DNA of 61,614 nt, filler included, from 9 parts of 9 records of this genome joined end to end with filler, not necessarily neighbours in it, one strand, 5' to 3'; positions 1 through 11,560 are shown, counted from the first letter of the whole stretch. The notes: a model not told the origin generated them from the sequence alone. Numbers and translations: made by a program.

Positions 1-777
1 AATGTGGCAGGTCTGGCAGGCAACCGTGTCGGCGTGCTGGTTCAGGATCGACTCTTCGTGAACGTCGTCGCCGTGACAACCGACGCAACCGATGTGGTTT
101 TCACCCTTCGGGGAAACAACCATGGCGTTGCCGGTGATGTTGTGGTCAACAGTCTCGTGACAGCTTGCACAGGTGAAATCGTTGCCGTCGACGTCCATGT
201 GGACATCGACGTTTTTATCCGGGTAGTCCATGCTGGAATCGAGATCGCCATGCTTGACGGCATCACCACCACCACCGAAGAAGTGGCAGGTTCCACAGTT
301 CTGACGTGAACTCTTGCCGACATTGCGGGCGATGTAAACCAGATCCGCATCTTCAGCCGGGAGACCTGCTGCTGTGGCCGGCTTCTTGTAGGAGCCTGTG
401 GTGTCGTGGCAGACCAGACAGTCAACTTTGGATTCATCGGTGAAATCGAAGCTATTGTCCTTCCAGCCGTAACCGATGTGGCAGCTGGTGCAGCGTGGCT
501 CGTTCGATTGAACAGAAACACAGAAGTTGTTCATTGAATTGATCTTGCCGCGCTTGACCTTCTTGCCGTCGATGACCTGCTCGGCATTCCAAGTCCAGTG
601 GCTGGTCTTCATCATGGTCTGGGCAGCGTCTTCATGACACTCCAGGCAGACTTTGGTAACTTCCGGACCGCTGTTCAGAGGTCCTTCAATAAATGAGTGG
701 TCAACGGCACTTGCAACTCCAGCCCCGATGAGGCAGAGGAGCAGCACGCTGAACAGAATTTTCCCTGCGTGTTTCAT
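1..777 (-). CDS. otr: Tetrathionate reductase family octaheme c-type cytochrome (3' end runs off the window)
   Basis: Manual translation from ATG 777 gives a signal peptide (MKHAGKILFSVLLLCLIGAGVASA), seven CxxCH motifs (CLECH, CTSCH, CLVCH, CGTCH, CASCH, CVGCH, CQTCH) and OTR-type segments SHWTW, GKINSMNNFC, CHIGYGW and GGGGDAVKHGDLDSS. RBS AAGGAG upstream. Not in the ORF track because there is no stop before the edge. Confidence 0.93.
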   Translation of the reverse strand, partial: MKHAGKILFSVLLLCLIGAGVASAVDHSFIEGPLNSGPEVTKVCLECHEDAAQTMMKTSHWTWNAEQVIDGKKVKRGKINSMNNFCVSVQSNEPRCTSCHIGYGWKDNSFDFTDESKVDCLVCHDTTGSYKKPATAAGLPAEDADLVYIARNVGKSSRQNCGTCHFFGGGGDAVKHGDLDSSMDYPDKNVDVHMDVDGNDFTCASCHETVDHNITGNAMVVSPKGENHIGCVGCHGDDVHEESILNQHADTVACQTCHI

Positions 778-1047
778 GGTTGTCTCCTTTTCAGTCAAAG
801 TAATGAAGCGGGTGGTTTTTAAAAACCAGATTGTTGATCAGTAACTGTAGGTTTCGGACAGATTCGGTGGCAGAAAGTCCGGTAGAAATATGTTATAAAT
901 CTCATTTCTTAATATATAGAATATAAGATTTAACAGCGCCGGATATTAACTGAAATCTCGTTTTGATGCAATAGATTTAATTGCGTATGGAAAAGGCCAG
1001 GTCTTTGAAATAGCTTAATTTTTTACTCAGGTTTGTGGCCTGAATGG

Positions 1048-3315
1048 TCAATCGATTTTTCTGGCGAGGACTTCCCGTGGTTTCCCGCTGCCATCCGATG
1101 GGCCGACGATCTCTTCCTGCTCCATCCGTTCGATCATTCTGGCGGCCCTGTTGTAGCCCACACGCAGGCGTCTCTGGAGCATCGAAATGGACGCCTGTCT
1201 GCTGTCCGTCACGATCTTGATCGCCTCGTCCCAGAGCTCGTCGTACTCTTCCTCGTCTTCACCTCCGGCTTCCGCCGCTGGTGGGGCTTTGAGGATCGAC
1301 TTGTCGTAGTCGGGCTGTCCCTGTTTCGACAGGAAATCGACGACCCGTTGAACTTCCAGCTCGGACACGAAGGCACCATGGACCCGCTGCAAGTAGCCGA
1401 CGCCGGGTGGCAGGAAGAGCATATCGCCCATGCCGAGCAGGGTTTCCGCACCCATCGAGTCGAGGACTGTCCGTGAATCGGTTTTCGAGAAGACCTTGAA
1501 CGAAATTCGGGTCGGGAAGTTGGCTTTGATCAGGCCGGTGATGACATCAACACTGGGCCGCTGGGTTGCCAGGATCAGGTGGATGCCGGACGCGCGTGCC
1601 ATCTGGGCCAGGCGGCTGATCGATTCCTCAATCTCGCGGCCAGCGACCATCATCAGGTCGGCTAACTCGTCAACGATGACGACAATATAGGGGAGGTGCC
1701 CATGCTCAAGCTCTTCTCCCGGTTCTGTGTCAACCGGAAGATCGAGCGGAAGCTCCTCGACGGTTTCGTCAATCGGTGTGGGCGGCGCTTCTTTCTCTTC
1801 TTTAATCAGCTTGCGGTTATAGCCGTCGATGTTCCGAACCCCTTTGTCTGCCATCAACTGGTAGCGGCGTTCCATTTCACGGACGGCCCACGCCAGCGCG
1901 AGAGAGGCTTTCTTGGGATTCGTGACAACGGGCAGGAGAAGGTGTGGAATGCCTTCATAGATCGACAGCTCAAGCATTTTCGGATCGATCATGATCAGGC
2001 GCACGTCATCGGGCGTGGCCCGGTAAAGCAGGGACAGGATCATGGTATTGATCGAGACCGACTTGCCGCTTCCGGTTGATCCGGCAACCAGCAGGTGCGG
2101 CATTTTGGCGAGGTCGGACACCACCACCTGGCCAAAGATATCTTTGCCCAGAGCCATCGGCAGTTTGCCCCCCGAGCGCTGGAAGGCTTCCGAGTCGATT
2201 ATTTCCTTCAGGTAAACCGTCTCGCGGTCTTTGTTAGGGATTTCGATACCGACAACGCCGCGTCCCGGGATCGGGGCAACGATGCGGATCGAAACCGCCT
2301 GCAGGGCCATGGCCAGATCGTGCTGAAGATTAGCGATCTTGTTGACCTTGACTCCGGGGGCTGGAGCGAACTCGTACATGGTCACGACTGGTCCCGGCTT
2401 GACCTCGACAACATCCCCCTCAACGCCGAAGTCGAGCAGCTTCTTCTCCAGCATCCGGGCGGCCATGGTCAGCGCATCACGGTCGATCGGTTTGGGGTCG
2501 CCCCCCTCGTGTTCCAGCAGAGAAGCGCCCGGGAGATGATAGGTTCCGCTCGGCTCGAGAAAAGAAAAAGCGACCTGATTGTCCTCGGCGGTGTCTTTTT
2601 TGTTCTTCTTTTTGCCTTTCGCCGGTTTCTTTTCAATGACCACCTCTGGCTCTGTCGCACGGATGGTTGGGGCTTTGATTTCGAGCGTCTTTTTCTCTTT
2701 TTGTTTTAGTTTTTTACGCGCTTTCCGGGCCTCACGCTTGAGCTCTGCCTTGCGGCCCAGGCGTTCGAGAATCCCCTCAAAAAAGAGCACGAGAGAGAAG
2801 CGGGTCGACAGAATCAGAGCCACCAGGAAGAACACCAGCAGAACAATCGTCGCACCGCCGATATTCAGATAGCGGGAGAGGAGCTGAACGAGAACGCGCC
2901 CGATGGCGCCGCCCGCTTCATTAATCTGGTTGCCGAACAGGGGGACCGCGGAAAACTTCAGGGCCAGCAAGCCACCGAGGGTGATCTGGAGCATAAAGAA
3001 GGCGACCAGCCGGGCGGGGCGTAGATGGACTTCGCGGAATTTCAGCCAGCGCCAGGCCAGGACGAGACATCCGGTCGGCCAGAGCAGGGCCGTTAGACCG
3101 AAGGCCTGGTAGAGCAGATCGGACAGGTGCGATCCGAACACGCCGATCAGGTTGTTGACCTGATCCGGGTGGAGATTGTTGTTGAACGATGGATCATCAT
3201 TGCTGTAACTGGCGAGACAGATAAACAGAAAGATTCCCAGAGCCAGCCAGACGAGGCCGAGGATCTCTTTGCGCATATACTGTTCTGCAGGAATTTCAGG
3301 AATCTCTTTTTTCAT
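1048..3315 (-). CDS. ftsK: DNA translocase FtsK
   Basis: N-terminal 4TM domain, Walker A GSTGSGKS, IVVIVDELADLMM, LILATQRPSVDVITG, gamma domain ending LRVGYNRAARMIE. Confidence 0.97.
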   Translation of the reverse strand: MKKEIPEIPAEQYMRKEILGLVWLALGIFLFICLASYSNDDPSFNNNLHPDQVNNLIGVFGSHLSDLLYQAFGLTALLWPTGCLVLAWRWLKFREVHLRPARLVAFFMLQITLGGLLALKFSAVPLFGNQINEAGGAIGRVLVQLLSRYLNIGGATIVLLVFFLVALILSTRFSLVLFFEGILERLGRKAELKREARKARKKLKQKEKKTLEIKAPTIRATEPEVVIEKKPAKGKKKNKKDTAEDNQVAFSFLEPSGTYHLPGASLLEHEGGDPKPIDRDALTMAARMLEKKLLDFGVEGDVVEVKPGPVVTMYEFAPAPGVKVNKIANLQHDLAMALQAVSIRIVAPIPGRGVVGIEIPNKDRETVYLKEIIDSEAFQRSGGKLPMALGKDIFGQVVVSDLAKMPHLLVAGSTGSGKSVSINTMILSLLYRATPDDVRLIMIDPKMLELSIYEGIPHLLLPVVTNPKKASLALAWAVREMERRYQLMADKGVRNIDGYNRKLIKEEKEAPPTPIDETVEELPLDLPVDTEPGEELEHGHLPYIVVIVDELADLMMVAGREIEESISRLAQMARASGIHLILATQRPSVDVITGLIKANFPTRISFKVFSKTDSRTVLDSMGAETLLGMGDMLFLPPGVGYLQRVHGAFVSELEVQRVVDFLSKQGQPDYDKSILKAPPAAEAGGEDEEEYDELWDEAIKIVTDSRQASISMLQRRLRVGYNRAARMIERMEQEEIVGPSDGSGKPREVLARKID

Positions 3316-3384
3316 CGTTCAACTTTTATTCAGGACATGTTCGATGCTGTTGCCTATCCCTTGAGGAGTGTCCACGGGGGCGCT

Positions 3385-4182
3385 TCAGCTCAGCAGAGAA
3401 TAACCGATTATAAGGCTGCCGACCAGTAAACAATAGATAGCGAAGCCGATCAAGCGTTTGCGCCGTACGACGTTCATCAGACAGCGGATCGCAAACAGGC
3501 CGCTGACGAATGCCATCGTCGCTCCAAGGGCGTAGGCAGGCAGGTCCGCTGTGGCGACTTGCTGAAGATCTTTCAATGAGAGCAGCATGGCGCCGCCGAC
3601 GGCCGGCAGGGCGAGCAGAAAAGAAAAACGGGCGGCGGCTTCACCATCGATGCCACGCAGCAGCAGACAGGCGATGGTCGAACCGGAGCGGGAGATGCCG
3701 GGGATAATCGCGCATCCTTGAGCGATGCCGACCAGGATTGCGTCACTCTGCTTGATCTCTCCCAGCGGACGGCCATCTTTGCGGATTTTTTCAGCCAGGG
3801 TCAATAGCGTTGCGGTGACGATCAGCATGGCACCGATGACGGTCAGGTTTTCAAACAGACTTTCGAAGAAATCCTTCCCTGTCAGGCCGATAATCGCGGT
3901 CGGGATCGAGCCGAGGACCAGCATGAGCAGAACATGGCGATCCTGTTTCGCAGCGTCTGCCGGGCGGAAGTAACAACTCATCAGCGCCCAGATGTCACGG
4001 CGGAAATAGAGGATGACCGCCAGCGTCGTCGCTGCGTGCAGCAGGATGTCAAACAGCAGGCCGGGTTGCTCGAAACCGGGCAGAAAATGTTGTGTGATCG
4101 CCAGGTGGCCCGAGGATGAAACCGGCAGGAATTCTGTCAGTCCCTGAATCAGTCCGAGCAAGCCGGCGGAGAAAATATCCAT
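3385..4182 (-). CDS. uppP: Undecaprenyl-diphosphate phosphatase
   Basis: QGLTEFLPVSSSGHL and PGISRSGSTI motifs of BacA/UppP. Confidence 0.96.
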   Translation of the reverse strand: MDIFSAGLLGLIQGLTEFLPVSSSGHLAITQHFLPGFEQPGLLFDILLHAATTLAVILYFRRDIWALMSCYFRPADAAKQDRHVLLMLVLGSIPTAIIGLTGKDFFESLFENLTVIGAMLIVTATLLTLAEKIRKDGRPLGEIKQSDAILVGIAQGCAIIPGISRSGSTIACLLLRGIDGEAAARFSFLLALPAVGGAMLLSLKDLQQVATADLPAYALGATMAFVSGLFAIRCLMNVVRRKRLIGFAIYCLLVGSLIIGYSLLS

Positions 4183-4206
4183 ATAAGGTGTGCCTTGTCT
4201 GTCAAT

Positions 4207-5898
4207 TTAGAGTTGAAGGATCAGGGGTAGGATCAGGGGGCGCCGGGCGATCCTTTTATTGAAAAAGCGGCGCAGTACTTTCCGCGCTTCGACGCGTAAC
4301 TCCTCCCAGTCGCTGAGCATCTCCTGACTGTGCTCCGACATCAGGTCGCAGATGACCTGACGGGCTTCAGCGAGAATCTGTTCACTTTCGTCATTCTCTT
4401 CCGGGATAAAACCTTTGGTGAAAATCTCCGGTCCTTGAACGATTTTGCCCGAGGACTGATTAATGGCCATCATCAGGATAACCACCCCGTGATTGGCGAG
4501 GTGGCGCCGGTCGCGGATCTCCATGGTGCCGACATCGCCGACCCCTTTGCCATCGACAAAAACGCGCCCCGTTTCGAATTGATCGCCGCGCAGAAAGATG
4601 TCCGGGTTGACATGGAGCATCTGACCGTTTTCCAGAACCAGAGTATTCGCCGGAGTCAGGCCCATCTCAATCGCCAGCTGGCAATGTTTGACTAGGTGGC
4701 GGTACTCCCCGTGGACCGGAACAAAATACTTCGGACGCACCAAGTTGTGAAGCAGTTTCAATTCTTCGCGACTGGCATGGCCGGAGACATGAATCTCACT
4801 GGTCTTTTCGTAGATAACCTCGGCCCCTCGGCGATAAATGTTGTTGATCAGGTCGCTGATGGCTTTTTCATTGCCGGGGATAAACTTCGAAGACAGGATC
4901 ACGGTATCACCCGGTTCAAGAGCGATCTGTTTGTGATCACCCAAGGCAATCCGCATCAGCGCGCTGAGTGGTTCTCCTTGGCTTCCCGTGGTGATGATCA
5001 ACACCCGATCGGGTGGGAGGTCCTTCATCGTTTTCAGGTCGATGAACTGGTCTTCGTCGATTTTCAGGTAGCCCAACTGTCTCGCAATGCCGATGTTGTT
5101 GACCATGCTGCGCCCGTTGATCAGGATTCGACGACCTGCCAGGCGGGCGGCGTCAGCAATCTGCTGTATGCGATGAATGTTGGACGAAAAGGTGGATACG
5201 ACGACACGTTGCTGGCAGTGCGGAATCATCTCTTCCAGTGTTTTTCCGACACTCTTCTCCGACAGGGTATAGCCCTCATTCTCAACGTTGGTTGAGTCGG
5301 CCAGCAGGAGCATGACGCCCTCTTCTCCAAGCTCGGCCAGGCGCGCCAGATCGGTCTTCTGCCCGTCGACCGGGCTCTGATCGATTTTGAAATCACCGGT
5401 ATGGATGATCCGCCCGACAGGTGTGTTGATGCAAAGCCCGACGCCGTCGACAATTGAGTGAGCGACTCTGAACGGCTCAATGCTGAAGGGCTCCAGAGAA
5501 AATTCCTGCCGTGGTTTGATTTCGACCAGCTCAACCTCGCTTTCGAGATGAAACTCCTTCAACTTGCTGCTCAACAGGCCAAGGGTCAGTTTGGTCCCGT
5601 AAATTGTCGGCTCTCCCAGGTGCGGCCAGAGGAAGGGGATTGCGCCGATGTGATCCTCATGCCCATGGGTCAGGACCAGCCCGATAATATCCTGCTGACG
5701 GTTTTCGAGTGTGCTGATATCAGGCAGAACGAGATCGATTCCGAACATGTAGGCTTCGGGAAACATCAGGCCGCAGTCGACGAGAAGGATTTTCCCCTCA
5801 TGCTCGATGCCGAGCATATTCATGCCGATTTCGCCAAGACCGCCGAACGGGAGCAGGCGGATGTCTTTAAGAGTGTGACTCATCACTTGGTTCTCCAT
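4207..5898 (-). CDS. rnj: Ribonuclease J
   Basis: GGLGEIGMNM, THGHEDHIG, HTGDFK, HVSGHA, PVHGEYRH motifs. The start could instead be the ATG at 5883. Confidence 0.95.
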   Translation of the reverse strand: MENQVMSHTLKDIRLLPFGGLGEIGMNMLGIEHEGKILLVDCGLMFPEAYMFGIDLVLPDISTLENRQQDIIGLVLTHGHEDHIGAIPFLWPHLGEPTIYGTKLTLGLLSSKLKEFHLESEVELVEIKPRQEFSLEPFSIEPFRVAHSIVDGVGLCINTPVGRIIHTGDFKIDQSPVDGQKTDLARLAELGEEGVMLLLADSTNVENEGYTLSEKSVGKTLEEMIPHCQQRVVVSTFSSNIHRIQQIADAARLAGRRILINGRSMVNNIGIARQLGYLKIDEDQFIDLKTMKDLPPDRVLIITTGSQGEPLSALMRIALGDHKQIALEPGDTVILSSKFIPGNEKAISDLINNIYRRGAEVIYEKTSEIHVSGHASREELKLLHNLVRPKYFVPVHGEYRHLVKHCQLAIEMGLTPANTLVLENGQMLHVNPDIFLRGDQFETGRVFVDGKGVGDVGTMEIRDRRHLANHGVVILMMAINQSSGKIVQGPEIFTKGFIPEENDESEQILAEARQVICDLMSEHSQEMLSDWEELRVEARKVLRRFFNKRIARRPLILPLILQL

Positions 5899-6586
5899 GG
5901 ACGGTGGAAGAAATCCTGTCGTGCAGTTCCGTGGTCAGTTGATCGACATCCCGGACATGCAGGTTGTCCGTCTGAATCGCTGGAAAGATGGTCAAAATCA
6001 GCTGACTTGGTGAGACTTTAAGTCTCCCCTTCGGTTGCACATCAAAGCTGCCCTGAATGGCCAGCGGTACAACAGGAACCTGAGCTTTGGCAGCGATGAC
6101 CAGGGCTCCTTTTTTGAACGCCTGCACCTGACCGTTTTCTGTTCTTGTTCCTTCGGGAAAGACGATGACGGAAGTTCCGCTGCGAATCCTCTGGGCGGCC
6201 TGATTCAGGCTGTGCATGGCTTTGCGGCGGTCGGAGCGGTCGATCGGAATGTATCCGCTACGCTTCATTGCCAGCCCGAATAAGGGGACGCGGAACAGTT
6301 CCTGTTTGGCCATCCAGCGGAATTGAACCGGGAGGCCAGCGAAGAGGATGGGGATGTCAAAATTGCTCTGGTGATTGGACACGTAAATCACCGGGCCCTG
6401 TGCGGGAAGATTTTCCCGGCCGCGAATCTGCAATTTGAGCCCGGCAATCATCAGGCAGCCGCGGCCCCAGAGGATGGCACAGGAGTGGATCATATCTGCG
6501 CTGATAAAAGACAGCGGCAGCGCGATCAGGATCGAAAGCAGGGTCCAGGGATAAAACAGCAGATAGTAGATGAACGTGCGCAGCAC
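5867..6586 (-). CDS. plsC: 1-acyl-sn-glycerol-3-phosphate acyltransferase
   Basis: NHQSNFD and FPEGTR motifs. The start lies at the contig edge. Confidence 0.92.
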   Translation of the reverse strand: MLRTFIYYLLFYPWTLLSILIALPLSFISADMIHSCAILWGRGCLMIAGLKLQIRGRENLPAQGPVIYVSNHQSNFDIPILFAGLPVQFRWMAKQELFRVPLFGLAMKRSGYIPIDRSDRRKAMHSLNQAAQRIRSGTSVIVFPEGTRTENGQVQAFKKGALVIAAKAQVPVVPLAIQGSFDVQPKGRLKVSPSQLILTIFPAIQTDNLHVRDVDQLTTELHDRISSTVHGEPSDESHS

Positions 6587-6687
6587 GNNNNNNNNNNNNN
6601 NNNNNNNNNNNNNNNNNNNNNNNNNNNNNNNTTAATTAATTAANNNNNNNNNNNNNNNNNNNNNNNNNNNNNNNNNNNNNNNNNNNN

Positions 6688-8283
6688 TTTTTCATTTTCC
6701 ATTTTACGTTAAAAGAGGGGGCGGCAATGATGAGCATCCCGGTTAATACGGGATAAATTGCAATGACATACCTTAATTGGGCGTAGAAGCTCATGGCATC
6801 AATATAAGCAATGAGTAGAATCCGGCTGATAATTAAAATCATCATTCCCGCAATAATCATCGGATGCCGTTGCTTGTTTCGAAAGATTAAAACGTAGATG
6901 AAATAGAGTATCCCCCCAACTGAAAAAAACGATAAGCCATCGAGAGCCATGGGGAAAAAGGTCCTGAAAAGTTGCTCCATCCCGGCCACCTGCTGTGGGT
7001 GATGGTATCATAGCGGTCAATGAGATCCTCTGGAATGTCGTCAAACCGCGCGTGTTTCAGTTGCGTTGGAAGATCATCGAATGTCAGGGTCATTTGGGTG
7101 ATTTTCCAGATGGAAGATAAAATTCCGGGAATGTCCCCGACAGTGAGTGGCGGGGACAGATAATTTCCGGTGGGGTTTGGGGTATAAAAGGGGGGCGGCG
7201 GGGGCGTTGTCGGCGGCACGATCAAGCTCGTCGGCAATGGCAAGGTAGAATTCGTCGGCTTTTTGGGCATCTGCATACATTCCGATTTGCGCCACGGCAT
7301 CTCGAACCGCCCATACCCACCAGCCACCGGCGATCTCATCACAAATTCCCATCCATGAGCAGCTCGGCCCGGACCATCCCGCCCCATGGGTTTGCTTTTC
7401 AAGTATCGGATAGATCAATTCAAAATGGGGGCTTGCCTCGGCTGCCGCTTTCATACTGCTTCTCGGAACAGGTACGTGGGAAATCCTTGTTCCGGAGTCG
7501 ATTCGGGAGAGGCGGTTGAAGGCTGTTTTGAAGTTCGGTTCCGATAATTCTGAAATGGTTCGAATCCCATACGCCGTCAAGTTTTTTGATGCAATCCACG
7601 CTCCCGTTCCCAATAGCGCCGAAACAGCCAGCAGAGTAAGGATTGATAGTTTGAATAGGCGGTGGGTGTTCAGCGGTACAACGCTCTTCCAAATTGCGAC
7701 GCATCCCCCAAACAATAAAAAGGGGAGAATCCAGACACTTTCCGATCGGCAGTAGTAAAACAGAGGGACACTGAAAATCAGTTGTCCTCCCCAGAGGTAG
7801 AATCGACGTGTGGATTTTGTTAGCGATCCCACCATTCCAAACAATCCCGCTGCAACCGCAGTGGTCAGTGAGGTGTAGATCGCTTCGGTTACAATACACC
7901 CGGCTGCAATTTGCGCCACCGGATGCATCAATCCCATGACAAAGAAAAGGGTTGTTTTCAACGGGCTGATATTGTTTTCGATAAACGCTGCGGCAAGAAG
8001 GGTTATGGATAAAAAATAGAGTAAATGTTGCGTCACATGAAGGGGGATTTCAGTGAGTTTGTTCAATGCGATGAAAGCCGGGTAAAGGGGGGCGAATCAG
8101 GGTCATATGATCGTAGGGGCCGAGCCAAAGCCCTTGGACCATGTATTCCGCCATCCGTAAATAAAGCAACGAGTCATAGCCTCCGGACAAGGGCACAATG
8201 GCACAGGGCCAGACCAGTGTCCAGTAAAGACAGCCGGCAAGCAGGCAGATCAAAATAGATGGGTATCGCTTAACAATTTTCAT
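6688..8283 (-). CDS. Polytopic membrane protein, probable GT-C-like glycosyltransferase (split by about 3 frameshifts, 3' truncated)
   Basis: Consecutive hydrophobic ORF pieces (8050-8283, 7074-8066, 6887-7402, 6636-6989) join across G/C/A homopolymers. The first loop reads YDSLLY...WLGPYDHMTL...PLYPAF, followed by many TM segments. Confidence 0.6.
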
Positions 8284-8334
8284 CGAATCACTCTTTTTTG
8301 GGAAACAATCCCAATACCCAAGAGAGCAGATGGA

Positions 8335-9035
8335 TTAGGGAGTTGTGCCATAAGCGATGATGTTTGAAGGCAAGCCTGCCAAATAATGACAATCGATGGT
8401 CACTTTCGTGTGTTTTGGGAATAAGGACATTAATGTTGATTTTGTCAGAAGATTGAGGTTGTCGGTTTCAGCCCAAAATGATTTACCAAGTGTTTTGAGA
8501 ATGGATTGATGAACCGGTTGGGGGAGCCAATGGGTGATGGGCATGAACGTATGAAATTCCACGGGAAACCATCGGTTGGGAGTCGTGATGAAAAAGCGTT
8601 TGGAGACCCTCATGAGCTCTTGAAGAAATCGTTTTTGCGCGTCACCGTTTCCCACATGTTCGAGTACGGCCGAGCAAAATAGTATATCAAACGCCTTATC
8701 CTTAAAGGGGAGGGTGTTCTTAGGGGTTTGAACAAATTGTATACCTGGAATTGCTTTTGTGATGAACGCGGCATCTTCAATGCTGGTGGTTAGCAGACGG
8801 TGACCATACGGATACAGCTTCTCAAAAAGTTGGAATCCGGAAGGGTGGTGTCCGGGGTGATGCCGACGTCCAATACGCGATGCTGTTGAGTCGGGAGCAT
8901 TGTTTGCATAAACTGTCTGAAAATACTCATGCGTGCCTGAAGCGAAATTTTCGATGCAGTGTTTCGCATGGGGTGAGACAGTGAAAAGTAGTCGATGGCC
9001 TCCACAGTGGGGGATGGGGGAGTGGTCGGGGTCAT
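8335..9035 (-). CDS. Class I SAM-dependent methyltransferase (frameshift at A5 8824-8828)
   Basis: VLDVG motif in the upstream frame; LPFKDKAFDILFCSAVLEHVG and FITTPNRWFPVEFH downstream. ATGA overlap with the GT2 stop. Confidence 0.85.
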
Positions 9036-10218
9036 CGTTTGAGCCCCAAAATGGCCAAAGCAAATCCTGAAACAACGGTTTGTATGCCGAGCCCGATACA
9101 TGTGACGGACGGGATCACCTGTCTGAGACTGCGCTGATAGGAAAGTGGACCAAAGTCGGCATGGTGCCATTCCAAAACGGCCCACCCCAAAATAGCGGCG
9201 CCGGTTAAAATTAGAAAAAAACCGATGACGATACCGATTTCCACCGATTTTCCGTCAATGAGTTTGAGCCAGTACGGTTTTCCGGGGAGCAACCCGTGAC
9301 TGACGGCATAGGCCTTGGTGAAGATGCCGAAAAAACAAAGTTGAAATCCCACAAGGATGGCGGCGTTGGAAACCAGCAATGTGTTGAGGTCGAATGTGAT
9401 TCCCAAAGCGGTAAAGGGCTTTGGAAGGAGAACGGCCGACCCCAATACTCCCATCAAAAAGATGAGCAGTCCCGGTGCCGTAAACAGCCATTTGGGCGTA
9501 TAGAGCAACATGAACCGAAGGTGGCGCCATCCATCTCTGAAGGATCTCAGGTGGGGCGGTGTGGAGCGGCTGTCCCGCCTCAATGTGATGGGAATTTGAC
9601 CGATCTTCAGCCCTTGAAGTTGCGCCTTGATGACCATTTCAGAGGCAAATTCCATTCCCGGGGTTTTCAAATTCAATTGACGAACCGCATCCCGATTGAA
9701 TGCTCTCAAACCGCAATGAAAATCATCCACAGGGGAGGAGAAGAACAGCTGACCAAGACCCGAAAGCACAGGGTTTCCGATCCAGCGATGTTTCCATGGC
9801 ATGGCCCCTTTTTCAATGGTGCCGCCGCCCTTTGGCAGTCGGCATCCCATCACCAGGTGGCAGCCGCTTCGAAGCTGTTCCAGAAAACGGGGAAGCGCTT
9901 TGAAGTCATAGCTGCCGTCGGCATCACCCATGAGAATATATTCGCCCCGTGCCCTTTCAATGCCGCCTTGAAGGGCACTTCCGTATCCTTTTTTTCCACA
10001 TGAATCACTCGGGCCCCTTCACGCAGGGCAATGTCAACGGATGCGTCGGTACTCCCGTTGTCTGCGATGAGAACCTCTCCTGTGGTTCCGCTTTGCTCTA
10101 TGGCTTTCATGGCTTCTTTAATGCATGCCTCTAAGGATTCCGATTCGTTTAAACAGGGCATGACGATGGAGACTTCCGGATTTGAAAGGGGATAGTGCAT
10201 GTCAAACATTATATCCAA
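9032..10218 (-). CDS. Family 2 glycosyltransferase, polyprenol-phosphate (DPM1/GtrB-like) type with C-terminal TM domain (frameshift at T7 9989-9995)
   Basis: VSIVMPCLNE, DNGSTD, restored KKGYGSAL, MGDADGSYD, FHCGLRAF and a hydrophobic C-terminus. Confidence 0.9.
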
Positions 10219-11560
10219 AATTTATCGATTAAAACATAAATACCACTTGCATTGACAATAAAGGCCGAAACAATAAGGGCCACTTTCATGCGGTTTCTGA
10301 CGGACCGGGAAATGGATATCGGCGGAAGCATCAGAGCAAAGCCCAGCAGGGTACATGCGGCCATGACATGAAAGTATCTCCCCTGTAACAAGACCACCTC
10401 CGCACCGACTCCCATCCAGATCAGATAGCCGCTGAAACAGACCAGTGCCGATGAAATGAGCGCCGCAACAATGCATGCCGCTCCCAGTAAATACCGCCTC
10501 TGTTTCAGTGCGTCAAGCTCTTTGGGGTCAACCAGAAAAAGAGCCGGAAGTGACGCTGCTCCCCATAGCCAGGTGCACCAAAAGGGCAGTGGCGTGTCCA
10601 ACCAGGAAAAACACCGACAAACTGGTGATATAGTTCCCTGCCGTGGTGATGTAATGTATTTAGGATGATTTCAAAAAACAACAAGGGATCCGCCATTAGT
10701 CTGTTCAGTTGGAGGGTGCTGTCTGCTTTGCCATATCCGGCCATGGCACCGACGTCCGCGCAATGGGCCCAAACTCCCTTGGTCCGGATGATGTGGTTCC
10801 AGTAAAGTGCGGGAATGAGAGCGACACCCACCCCGAGGCACAGGCAGAGGGCCATTTTTGATTTGTCGGCGGCATCTCCGATCATCAAGGCTGTAAAGGG
10901 GATGAGAAATATGGGGGCATAAACCGGTTTTGTCATTAATAGGACGGCGGCGGTGGCGATGAAAAAGGAGATGCCCTTCCAGGTTTGGATATGTTCCAAT
11001 GTAATGATCAAGATGGACATCCCGCTGAAAAATAATAGGATGTCGATATTGATGACACACGCCTGGGCCAATACCATGGGGGTCGATGCCATCCATAGCA
11101 GGGGCCATTTCAATGTGGATGACAGTCTCATAATGGAGAAGATGAGTATAATGAACAAAGAAAAAGATAACAGTCTCGAAAGATAGAATGAAGCCGTGAG
11201 CGTCTTCGGTGTAAGGGTTGTGGCACCCGATAATTTGATAAACAACGCATATCCCAAATATGGTATGGGGGAGTAGAGAGCGGTGTTGAATGCCAAATTG
11301 GGGATCCTGTCCTCATTTTGGCTTAAAATGTCATCCAACATCTGCTTGAGGCTTTCTTCGTGCCGGGGCATCTTTTTTTGAATGAATGTGATGAGTTTTC
11401 TGGGGTTGTCTTTTAAAATGAATTGGCCTTCAGTAATTCCAAACGCCCGCAGGAAATGTGCAGGTTCGTCCGGAGATTCGAATGGGGGGATTACGATAAG
11501 ATAAATAGCGCAATATATTGCGGAAAGTAGGCAACACAGTTTTGAAAGACGATGATTCAT
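10209..11560 (-). CDS. DUF2142-type membrane protein (frameshift at A5 10607-10611)
   Basis: IPPFESPDEPAHFLRA, YSPIPY, restored GVFSWLDTPLP and LQGRYF motifs; multiple TM helices. Confidence 0.8.

Noticed and set aside
1033..6643. Numerous plus-strand ORFs opposite ftsK, uppP, rnj and plsC, and similar shadow ORFs in the other GC-rich contigs
   Set aside because: They are antisense or alternative-frame shadows of well-supported genes and contain no recognisable motifs.
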